From the NCBI GenBank assembly GCA_026770705.1, contig JANJGN010000038.1, positions 13,640,001-13,704,000 of the forward strand: DNA of 64,000 bases. The letters run 5' to 3'. The translations under genes and the position numbers were made by a program. Shown here piece by piece: positions 51,130 to 61,458 of the stretch (the first letter of the stretch is position 1; every line of letters starts with the position of its first letter). The notes below the pieces were generated by a model. That model had not been told where the DNA came from and ran no database searches. It saw nothing but the letters and a program-made list of their open reading frames with translations. Source of the DNA: Isurus oxyrinchus. Taxonomy: Eukaryota.

Positions 51130-51345
51130 ATGGCATTTTGTCATTTCTCGTCTGAGCTCCCAGCTATCCCTGACCTTCTATTTTGCTCCACCTGCCCCGC
51201 CCCTCTCTTCCGCAGTGGAAACAAGCACATTTCTACCTCTCTTCACCTCTGAAGAAGAGTCATACGGACCCCAAATGTTAACACTGTTTCTCTCTTCACT
51301 GTTGCTACCAGACGTACAGAGATTTTCCAGCTTTTTCAGTTCTCA
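51130..51345 (+). mobile_element. Older Penelope-like 3' terminal fragment
   Basis: CTGAAGAAGAGTCATACGGACCCCAAATGTTAAC...GCTACCAGAC is homologous to the PLE terminal repeat. Confidence 0.7.
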
Positions 51346-51372
51346 TATTAAATTCTGGCTAATCAGAAGAGC

Positions 51373-54300
51373 AGTTCTGCGAAGGGTCATGAAGACTCGA
51401 AACGTCAACTCTTTTCTTCTCCGCCGATGCTGCCAGACCTGCTGAGTTTTTCCAGGTAATTCTGTTTTTGTTTTGGATTTCCAGCATCCGCAGTTTTGTT
51501 TTGTCTTTATCTCTGTGTTTAATTGACTGCCACTGCTCTTCAAGAAATGCCTACCTCCTTGAAGAAGTTCTGTTCCTCTCTGCGACAAGATTTCCGTATC
51601 TCTCTGTTGCCTTGTTCACCTTCTTTGCTTTCCATTTCCCTCCTAGTGTTTGACAAGGTGTTTACTAAAACCCGCTTTCACAGCCATATCTCCTTTCTCA
51701 GTGACTGCCTCCGTCTCCGACTTACCCCACGTGGATTTCAACTGAAATTCCACCCCTCATCTTTCGAACCCACCCAGGATTACCGGTATCTCCGGGACAT
51801 AAAACGTTTCTCAGACTGCTGTTCCCGTCACATTCTGAAATCCACACTCAGTGCCATGCGCCGCCATATGAACACACTCGACCGCTCCCTCCAGCAGCAC
51901 CGCCGTACCCTTTCTCAAAGCTGCGCGTGCCCCCAGTTTCATTTTATCCTTCGGCTCATCCGACGCTTCAACAAGAAACTTTTTCTCTTTCTCTCAACTG
52001 CTAAGGAACGCAAGCTCCAACAACTCATCGACACCAACACCCATCTAGGACCCTCCACCCCAGCCTGTCCCTCCGTCCCCACCCCATCTTCCAATCCCAG
52101 CCCCAGCCGTGTATTCACTATACCCCCTGACCTTCCCCTCTCCGATGCTGAACGTTCAGTGCTCAGCAAAGGACTTAGTTTCATACCCTTACGCCCTCAC
52201 CTCAATGAATTTCGGGCTCGGCATGATACTGAACTCTTCTTTCGCCGTCTTCGTCTCCGGGCTCACTTCTTTGGGCAGGAGTCCTCTCCCAGTTCAACGG
52301 ATCCTTTTACCCATCTCCAATATTCTCCCTCCACCTGGACCCCTCCCTCTGGATTCTTACCTTCTCTTGATCTTTTCATTGAGAACTGTCGGCGCGACAT
52401 TAGTCGTCTCAATTTCTCTGCTCCTCTCACCCATTCTAACCTGTCTCTCTCTGAACTTACTGCACTCCATTCTCTCAGGTCCAACCCTGACATTGTCATC
52501 AAACCCGCTGACAAGGGTGGTGCTGTTGTTGTCTGGCGCACTGACCTCTACCTCGCGGAGGCTGAGCGTCAACTCGCAGACACTTCCTCCTACCTCTCCC
52601 TGGACCATGACCCCACCACTGAACATCAAGCCGTTGTTTCCAGGACTGTCACTGACCTCATCTCCTCTGGGGATCTCCCTGATAGTCGCCCAACCTCGGA
52701 CGGCCCGCTTCTATCTCCTACCTAAAATCCACAAACAGAACTGCCCCGGTAGACCGATCGTCTCAGCTTGCTCCTGCCCCACAGAACTCATTTCTCGTTA
52801 TCTTGACTCCCTTCTCTCTCCCCTTGTCCAGTCCCTTCCCACCTACATCCGTGATTCCTCTGACACCTTACGTCACATCAACAATTTCCAGTTCCCTGGC
52901 TCCAACCGCTTCCTCTTCACGATGGACGTCCAATCCCTCTACACCTCCATCCCCCACCAGGATGGTCTGAGGGCCCTTAGCTTCTTCCTCGAACAGAGGC
53001 CCGAACAATCCCCATCCACCACTACTCTCCTCCGTCTGGCTGAACTTGTTCTCACGTTGAACAATTTCTCCTTCAACTCCTCTCACTTTCTCCAAATAAA
53101 AGGTGTGGCTATGGGTACCCGCATGGGCCCCAGCTATGCCTGTCTCTTTATGGGATATGTGGAACATTCCTTGTTGCAGTCCTACCCCGGCCCCCTTCCA
53201 CAACTTTTTCTCCAGTACATCGATGATTACTTCGGTGCCGCTTCATGCTCTCGTCGGGACTTGGAAAAATTTATTAATTTTGCTTCCAATCTCCACCCCT
53301 CCATCATTTTCACGTGGTCCATCTCTGACACTTCCCTTCCCTTCCTTGACCTCTCTGTCTCAATCTCTGGTGATAGACTGTCCACTAATATCCATTACAA
53401 ACCCACCGACTCCCACAGCTACCTCGACTACAGCTCCTCACACCCCGCTTCCTGTAAGGACTCCATCCCATTCTCCCAGTTCCTTCGCCTTCGTCGCATC
53501 TGTTCCGATGATGCTACCTTCAAAAACGGTTCCTCTGACATGTCCTCCTTCTTCCTTAACCGAGGTTTTCCACCGACGGTCGTTGACAGGGCCCTCAACC
53601 GTGTCCGGCCCATCTCCCGCGCATCCACCCTCACGCCTTCTCCTCCCTCCCAGAAACATGATAGGGTCCCCCTTGTCCTCACTTATCACCCCACCAGCCT
53701 CCGCATTCAAAGGATCATCCTCCGCCATTTCCGCCAACTCCAGCATGATGCCACCACCAAACACATCTTCCCTTCACCCCCCTTATCGGCATTCCGTAGG
53801 GTTCGCTCCCTCCGGGACACCCTGGTCCACTCCTCCATCACCCCCTACTCCTCAACCCCCTCCTATGGCACCACCCCATGCCCACGCAAAAGATGTAACA
53901 CCTGCCCCTTCACTTCCTCTCTCCTCACCGTCCAAGGGCCCAAACACTCCTTTCAAGTGAAGCAGCATTTCACTTGCATCTCCCCCAACTTAGTCTACTG
54001 CATTCGTTGCTCCCAATGTGGTCTCCTCTACATTGGAGAGACCAAACGTAAACTGGGCGACCGCTTTGCTGAACACCTGCGGTCTGTCCGCAAGAATGAC
54101 CCAAACCTCCCTGTCGCTTGCCATTTTAACACTCCACCCTGCTCTCTTGCCCACATGTCTGTCCTTGGCTTACTGCATTGTTCCAGTGAAGCCCAACGCA
54201 AACTGGAGGAACAACACCTCATCTTCCGACTAGGCACCTTACAGCCTTCCGGTCTGAATATTGAATTCAATAACTTTAGGTCGTGAGCTCCCTCCCCTAT

Positions 54301-54849
54301 CCCCACCCCCTTTCTGTTTCCCCCTTTTTTTCCCCTTTTTTTCCCTATAAATTTTATAGATTTTTCTTTTCCCACCTATTTCCATTATTTTTAAATATTT
54401 TAAAATCTTTTATGCTCCCCCCACCCCCACTAGAGCTGTACCTTGAGTGCCCTACCATCCATTCTTAATTAGCACATTCGTTTAGATAATATCACCAACT
54501 TTAACTTTAACACCTATGTGTTCTTTTGTACCATTGTCGCTGACATCTTTTGATGATCTGCTTCTATCACTGCTTGTTTGTCTACACAAGCACCTCTGTC
54601 TCTCTCTCTCTCTCTCCGCCCCCACCCCCCCCCCCCCCCACCCCCCCACACACACCTTAAACCAGCTTATATTTCAACTCTTTCCTGGACTCGAAATCAA
54701 GTTCTGTCGAAGGGTCATGAAGACTCGAAACGTCAACTCTTTTCTTCTCCGCCGATGCTGCCAGACCTGCTGAGTTTTTCCAGGTAATTCTGTTTTTGTT
54801 TTGGATTTCCAGCATCCGCAGTTTTGTTTTGTTTTTATCTCTTTGTTTA
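51373..54849 (+). mobile_element. Near-complete young Penelope-like retroelement (RT + GIY-YIG endonuclease) with direct pseudo-LTRs
   Basis: Direct repeats 51373-51520 and 54700-54849. The ORF runs from ATG 51547 to TGA 54286 with one frameshift at ~52680. Motifs: KPADKGG, FYLLPKIHK, GRPIVS, MDVQSLYTSIP, GVAMGTRMGP, YIDD, CPRKRCNTC, VYCIRC..CGLLYIGET..R..EH. Confidence 0.96.
54700..54738 (+). ncRNA. Minimal type I hammerhead ribozyme-like motif in the PLE 3' repeat (copies at 51373-51410, 61356-61394, 10703-10737)
   Basis: AGTT-CTGTCGA-A-GGGTC(ATGAA)GACTC-GAA-ACGT-C-AACT: stem I AGTT/AACT, stem II GGGTC/GACTC, palindromic ACGT stem III and a GUC triplet. The core deviates from CUGANGA at A6. 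Confidence 0.6.
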
Positions 54850-55297
54850 CTTCTATGTTATATCAATTTTATTCCATGAGATAATTACAAGATGGATTTC
54901 CAATTCAGCATTGGAAATGCAGAGTTTCCCCTTAGTTTTGGTAAATTCACGGAGGTAGAATGACTTGCTTCAAGATTGTGTATCTCTAACTCTGAGGCAG
55001 TGAAGCGCAAAGTCTTCCCAATTGTCTGCATTGAAGAGGGAATAAGAAGTACATTCTAATCGAAGAGGCACAGGTCCTCAGAAAGACGAGGGGGGAAGGA
55101 GAGGAGGAGAGCGGCGTTGGGGGGCGGGGGCTGGTGGGGAACGTGGTGCTGCAGTTGGGCGGGGGGGAGCTCATGGAAGGGGAAAGGCTGCTCTGTTGCT
55201 TCTGTGCAGTGGTGCCCTCAAGAGATTCGACACTTCGACCTAGCGATGTAGCGATGATTGAAATTTCCCTTATTATCCAAAACTCGCTCATTATTTT

Positions 55298-55655
55298 CAC
55301 AGAATCACAGAATAACACAATGCAGAACAGGTCCTTCGGTGCATAGAGTCTGCACCGACATGAGAAACACCTGAACTTAATCCCATTTTCCAGCACTTAG
55401 CCCACAGCCTTGAATGTTATGACGTGCCAAGTGCTCATCCATGTACTTTTTAAAGGCTGTCAGGCAACTCGCCTCCACCACCCTCCCAGATAGTGCATTC
55501 CAGATCGTCACCACACTCCAGGTAAAAAGGTTTTTCCACACAACCCCCACCCCTCCCCCCTAAACCTCCTGCCCTTCACCTTGAACTCATGTCCCCTCTG
55601 AGGGGAACCACTAATCCCTATCCACCTTGTCGATGCCCCTCATAATCTTGTACAC
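55298..55655 (-). mobile_element. CR1-type 3' fragment
   Basis: CR1 ORF2 end remnants and tail ...GAAGGACCTGTTCTGCATTGTGTTATTCTGTGATTCTGTG. Confidence 0.8.
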
Positions 55656-56086
55656 GTTTTGTTTGTATAATATAATGTCCAGAACAAAGAAAGGAAAATG
55701 TCGATGAAGGCTCCCCAGAATCATTGGGCAACTTAGGGCAGAGATTCAGTTTCAATATAGGAATGCAAAGAATTCAGGTTACTTCAAGGGACGAGAAAGC
55801 ATAAGTTTTATTCTGCTAAAGCTGCGAAATATTGAGGCTGGCAGTTTAATCGCTTTCTAATTACACATAATTTAAACAATCGAACCCCATTCGTTTGAAA
55901 AACTCACTTACAATTCACATGCAGAGGAAGAAACAATCATCGGCATCTTAAATATACAACAGGTTATTCTCACTTTGGTTATTGTTCGAGAAAATTAAAA
56001 AGCAATTCTAAAATGTATAATTCCTGCTGTTTACAATGTCACAAATATTTAGCCAGGAAATTAAAACTTCGTGCCGGTCAGATACA

Positions 56087-56092
56087 TTTATT
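56087..56092 (-). terminator. Polyadenylation signal of the Ig-like gene
   Basis: AATAAA ~78 nt after the C-exon stop codon. Confidence 0.7.
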
Positions 56093-56169
56093 AAATCTGC
56101 CGAGATTACCGCCACGTTTCGCTTTGAAATTAAACTCAGGAGTTATTGGCTTGAACTAATAGCCGGTCT

Positions 56170-56490
56170 TTAGCGATTGCAGGTGTCCAAGCTGATGGAT
56201 TTCTGAACGAGAGTGTCCTGAGACTTGTATCGGAACAGACACGAGTAGTGATCCTTCGAGTTCCAAGAGCTGACAGGGACCCTCAGGTAGCTGCTGATGC
56301 TGTAGCTGTTGTCAGCCTCAAGATTAGGTAGATTTGTGGACACTCCGCTCTGCGTCTCAATGCCCCGCGCTTTCCACGAAAGCTGGGTAGAAGCCCCGAA
56401 TCAGACAGCTCAGCGACACTGTTTCAGCTGAAGTTACTTCCTGGCGCGAAGGCGGAAACAATTCCAGTGATGGCACCTGTAGTTGACGAT
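56170..56490 (-). pseudogene. Ig light-chain C1 exon with frameshift
   Basis: Acceptor ctgttgcAG, then (D)RQLQVPSLELFPPSRQEVTSAETVSLSCLIRGFYPAFVE. After a shift at ~56372-56377 the second frame reads WKARGIETQSGVSTNLPNLEADNSYSISSYLRVPVSSWNSKDHYSCLFRYKSQDTLVQKSISLDTCNR*. It has a C-terminal Cys and no TM segment. Confidence 0.92.
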
Positions 56491-57324
56491 CTGCAACAGA
56501 TGGTACATAGCTGACATGGACTGTCACTGTAAGAGGCATTATTATTGTAGCTTAACGGTATGGTTATCATAGACCTTCGGAAAATACCGCACAGAATGAG
56601 GCGTCCATCAGTGCCTCTGCCGGCTTTTCAAATAATTATTCATCTTGTCTCAGTCATGTACCCTTTTCCCTTAGCCCCGTAATAGCGTCCCAAATATACA
56701 TCCCATTCCCGTTTGAAAGTTATTATTGAATCTGTTTTCACCGTCCTTCCATCCGAGCCCTCCAGATCACAACAAACCGTTGCATAAAAAGAAAAATAAA
56801 TCCCGCATGGCCGCTCTGGTTCTTCTTCCATTCGCTTTATATCTGTATTCCGTGAATACCGACTTTCCTGTCGCTATTGAAGTCCTTAATGGTTTGAATA
56901 CCTGCATTAAGTTACCCCATAAACGTCGCTGCTCTAAGGAAATAACCCCAGGATTTACAGTCTGTCCACAGAACTCCCGTCCTGCTTCTCTGATGGGCTT
57001 AGTTATGGGCTTATGATCACACCATTACAATTTCAGGAATTGAATTCAATTACGCTGGAGGCAAACAAGCTTCCGGATTGTTGTAATAACCAAGTGGCTC
57101 ACAGGAAATGGACCAACGCCATTCCTACCAGCCTTGTCGACGTGACTCAGTCCAACACTGCGTAGGTAAATTTTGGTTCATTGAGGGCGAATAATAATAG
57201 GCCACCTTCGCTCTGTAGCCCACTATGTTCAAAATTAAATTATTTCAAAATGCTACGACACCATTATTTACTATCACCGCGTAACATTTTCGCCAATATC
57301 TTTTAGTTTTCACAATAGTTTGAT

Positions 57325-57533
57325 GGAAAATTCCTCGAATTGCTTGGTGTGAACAATTTGCTAAATAAAAGGGGAATTTTCCATTTTCTGTTATATATTG
57401 GGGAACTCCCAAACAGATATTCCAAATATCTGCCAGCAGTACAAACAAGCAGAGTCATCGCCGCTGTCACATTTATTTGTTCTACAAAACGTATTCCACC
57501 CAATGTGCTTCTGATTCTGCTCCACTCCAGCTG
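57325..57533. promoter_or_regulatory. Putative J-C intronic enhancer (clustered NF-kB-like sites, E-box)
   Basis: GGAAAATTCC 57325, GGGGAATTTTCC 57371, GGGAACTCCC 57401 (fits GGGRNNYYCC) and CAGCTG 57528. Confidence 0.35.
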
Positions 57534-58619
57534 AAAGCGCAGCCGCTCGGTGTGTTGTAGATCAGTGCACACTAAGCCTTGTGCATTTTTGTAAAAATTG
57601 ATTCGTGTAATATCCTCAGCTGCTACCTTTTATTCAGGAGGAGCGCCTTTATTTTTTTTGTAAACGTACCTACAGCCAGTGGCCAAAATGTGAATCATTA
57701 AAAGAAGCATTGCCTGTATTTATTTTCCCTGAAATTGATTACATTGTATTTCTCTATCGCGGAAAATTAGATAATTTCTAACTTAACTCTGACATTCAAA
57801 CCGACAAATACAGCACTTTATTGTTGGAAAGATCGAAACCTTTGCACTAACCACATTAAAATTATCATGCGCTAACTTAAAAAAAAACTAACCAGAAGTG
57901 AGCTCTCCAGCGCAAGATCCAACTGATTGACCTACACTTCAGTATCAAAATGTCTTGCAATGATTTTGGCTATAAATTCGCCCCAGGCGGCGGAACAATA
58001 CAGACGGCATTGATTCTACCGGCCTTTCTACACAGCGCCTGATATCCTTGTCCATGCAGTTAGTGGAGCTGAGTATCGGGAGCTGTTTGAATGATGGCCG
58101 ACAATGACTATTTTCTAGCACTTATCAGTAGCATCAAGAACAATTGAAAGAAAAATAAAATTACAGCAATATTATTAATGCTTTGAACTGTGGGGGAAGT
58201 ATTTGCACGGGTCACTTTTTGAATTAAAATAGGAAATGCACCCCAGAATATGTTCCCTGCTTTGCATTCAAAGACAAGTTGGGCATTCACTGGGCTTTGA
58301 ATTGCCATGGATCGAAGAAAAAGGCAACTATAGCCCATCTATATCCCACCACCCTCCACTGAAATGAGAGCAATTCTTCCCCGTCGGAACAAAAAAACAA
58401 TCGGTGGCAATTTGAAACCTTTTTTTTTCGGAATCATTGTCATTTTCTGAAATTAATCCTATTGATGATGATGTTCATACGTGGAACATTGCACATTCTT
58501 ATTTGAACGTTTCTTTGCCTCGGAGCTCCGCTCTAAACTAACGGTTTATGGTTTAAAATAAAATAATACATGGCAGCTCCAAATTAAATACATTTTTTTC
58601 TCAATGTTGTACTGTAGGA

Positions 58620-58685
58620 AATTTAAACCCACAACTTTCTGACTCAAACGCCAAAGTGCTACAACTAAACCATGGCTGACACAAC
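58620..58685 (-). mobile_element. tRNA-derived SINE head fragment
   Basis: GTGTCAGCCATGGTTTAGTTGTAGCAC...GAGTCAGAAAGTTGTGGGTTTAAAT, A/B-box-like. Confidence 0.5.
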
Positions 58686-60064
58686 AGAAATGATACCAAG
58701 AGGGAGTGTAACGGCCCTCTGTGTAAACATTAACATCATACTCAGTGTTCCATTCCATTAATATCACAATTAAATTATTTCATTCTTACCCTGTCCCACT
58801 GTCTTAACCTGCAACTTAAGGTGCAATAACGTCTAGGTTTTTTTTAATAAATACTGATTGACACGAATGAGCTTTTCCAATGATCATGGCAGAGGTCTGC
58901 AGTTTCATTTAATATTTGCCAAGAAGGTCAATGTTCTCAAGCGCTTATACCAGAAAAATGGAGCCGAAATACAAGTTCAGAACAGAAGTAAAAAGTGAAA
59001 TTTCAAATCTTATAACTTACTGACAACTAATGTTTTTTTTTAAATTATGCTTCATGCTTAACATGTCTGGAAATTCAGACATTGAATTATACGGTTTGCC
59101 AATAAATTAAAGATCGGGTGATTTAATATTTGGTAGCTGTACCTGTTCAGATTTAAAGATTCTATTGTTCTGATCAATTTCGGTTTATCCTACGGTATAC
59201 GCTTTTAGTTATTCGAGCCAATGCATTAATATGGAAGTGATGGAAAATACATTCATTGAAGGAATTGTGATTGTTGGTTATGCACCGTTCAGCCACAAAA
59301 CAATAACTGCCCCCTCACGCCGCTGGCACTACGCCCCAGAGCAATAATGCATATGGCTATGTGAGCATAAATAGATGTAGAATTGATGAGTGGTGGTAAT
59401 AAGATAGATTGCTCAGGCGTTGCGGAAATAAATATCCTGTAATAGCAAGTGTCACTCAATGTTAAAATATGGTCCAGTTTTAACCAGTTTCACACGGCAA
59501 TACCAACTAGCTCCCAGAAATAACAAACATCGTCCAATAATAATGAATAGAGATTAGCACCATCAAACATCGCCTACTATTCACCATTGCCTTGGCAGTG
59601 GCGCAAATCAGGCCGTATCGGTGAGGCTGCTGGTTCAGTGCAGCCCCTGACATTTAGCTCCATTGGCTACAAGGCAACTGACTATTGGCCGCTGGGTAAA
59701 AGGCGCGGCCTATCTGATAAAGTCCGTTTCCGCCACCACCTAAGGCGATTTTTACCCCATGGAACCCAAAGAATTTCGGACTCTCTGTTTCGTATCCCGC
59801 AAAGTTGAGAATGCTCCTGCTTTCCTGACAATAATTTTTATTGGAGCAACGTTAACGCTTAGTCTCGTCTCAGCCGAACGATCACCGAGTTCACCTTTTT
59901 TCAACTAATAAAATACCAACTGCCGAGTATCTCAAGCACTAAAGGAAATATTGCCGTCGTGTCGGGCTTGTGACGTTTTTTCACAATGACTGTTGCAAAA
60001 TTGTGTAATATTTTGCAATCTAAAATCTTCCCTTAACACAAGCACGGCCTCAATATTTACTTAC

Positions 60065-60424
60065 CCACTACGTGTAACTCTGTACCTTTGCCAAAATACT
60101 GTCCAGAATCAAAAAGCGAGCAGTAGTAGACAGCCGAGTCCTTCAGCTCCACTTGATTGACAGTGAGGGAGAAACTTTTCTTTGCGTCGTCTCTAGAATG
60201 GGCGAAGCGGTCGGTGAACCCTGAGCCTCGGAGCAGGGCGCCTCTATCATTGGTGCTTTTATGGGTCAGGATCCAAACCGGTGTCTTCCATGGCCTCTGT
60301 TGGAACCAACGGAGCCATCTATCCCCGATATCTCTGTTCTTTACCCAGCAGCTTAAGGTGACGGACCCTCCTGAGACGGCAGAGGCAGTTTCAGCTTGGA
60401 GCAGTTCGGGAAGTGGACAGACAC
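60065..60424 (-). CDS. Germline-joined Ig light-chain-like VJ exon (type I/sigma-cart-like, divergent)
   Basis: 360 nt phase 1/1 exon with VTLSC, WFQQRP, PVWILTH, RGSGFTDRF, DSAVYYC-SLFDSGQY-FGKGTELHVV then G|GTAAGT. There is no RSS between V and J. Confidence 0.93.
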
Positions 60425-60548
60425 CTGTAAGAATCAGAGTAAAAGTCATGAGTTCAGGCCTAAGGTAAAGGGTAAAGGCAGCACGCAACGTTTTGGGTCA
60501 ATACACTTTTAAATCTTTACAGCAAAATCAGCTCCACGTTATACTCAC

Positions 60549-60594
60549 TGGAGAAACACGTTAGCAAGAGCAGCATCATATAAACTGTGTCCAT
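60549..60594 (-). CDS. Ig leader exon (MDTVYMMLLLLTCFS)
   Basis: Kozak ACCATGG, 46 nt, donor GTGAGT, and a 124 nt intron to acceptor ttcttacAG. This is the classic split Ig leader. Confidence 0.9.
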
Positions 60595-60680
60595 GGTTAC
60601 ACTGAGGCACGCGCAGTGATTGACAAGCTGGGCCTGAGATTCTTACTGTCAGTGCAAAGGCAAAAATTCGGTGCGACCCA

Positions 60681-60741
60681 TTTATATCCCAAACTAAGGA
60701 TTCTTATTGGCTGTCGGCAACACGCCTTCAAAAATGCAAAT
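60681..60741 (-). promoter_or_regulatory. Ig-type promoter: octamer ATTTGCAT (60741-60734), CCAAT (60710-60706), TATAAA (60686-60681)
   Basis: Perfect octamer in light-chain orientation ~50 nt upstream of TATA, ~140 nt upstream of the ATG. Confidence 0.8.
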
Positions 60742-60881
60742 TCATTTGATGGGAAGAGAACTGGACAACAGACCGAAACCCGTGGACACTTGGAAATTAA
60801 AATTCATACCGATTGTGAAAATAGCAATTGCAGACTCCATGCGCCGAAGGACCTGTTCTGCATTGTGTTATTCTGTGATTC

Positions 60882-61458
60882 CAAACTGGAGGAACAACAC
60901 CTCATCTTCCGACTAGGCACCTTACAGCTTTCCGGTCTGAATATTGAATTCAACAACTTTAGGTCGTGAGCTCCCTCCCCCATCCCCACCCCCTTTCTGT
61001 TTCCCCCTTTTTCCTTTTTTTTCCCTATAAGTTATATAGATTTTTCTTTTCCCACCTATTTCCATTATTTTAAATATTTTAAAATCTTTTATGCTCCCCC
61101 CACCCCCACTAGAGCTGTACCTTGAGTGCCCTACCATCCATTCTTAATTAGCACATTCGTTTAGATAATATCACCAACTTTAACTTTAACACCTATGTGT
61201 TCTTTTGTACCATTGTCGCTGACATCTTTTGATGATCTGCTTCTATCACTGCTTGTTTGTCTACACAACCACCTCTCTCTCTCTCTATCTCTCCGCCCCC
61301 CACACACACACCTTAAACCAGCTTATATTTCAACTCTTTCTTGGACTCGAAATCAAGTTCTGTCGAAGGGTCATGAGGACTCGAAACGTCAACTCTTTTC
61401 TTCTCCGCCGATGCAGCCAGACCTGCTGAGTTTTTCCAGGTAATTCTGTTTTTGTTTT
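60882..61458 (+). mobile_element. 5'-truncated Penelope-like copy (ORF end, 3' UTR, terminal repeat)
   Basis: Nearly identical to 54200-54800 (KLEEQHLIFRLGTLQ...NIEFNNFRS*, then the hammerhead-containing repeat). Confidence 0.95.

Noticed and set aside
53103-53960. 285 aa Pro/Ser-rich ORF and several antisense ORFs inside the PLE
   Set aside because: By-products of the C/T-rich strand skew in alternative frames of the RT ORF; no recognisable motifs.
51523-54286. Two-ORF (gag/pol-like) organisation with programmed frameshift
   Set aside because: PLEs normally encode one ORF. The junction has no slippery heptamer and appears to lack several residues, which fits a deletion.
60065-60424. TCR or heavy-chain V gene
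   Set aside because: J has FGxG, and the single downstream C1 exon ends in Cys plus stop and polyA with no TM or connecting exon. The octamer is in light-chain orientation.
60057-60488. ORF-track N-terminus MRAAFTLYLRPEL... as the Ig signal peptide
   Set aside because: This is intron read-through from a non-ATG start. The true leader exon is 60549-60594.
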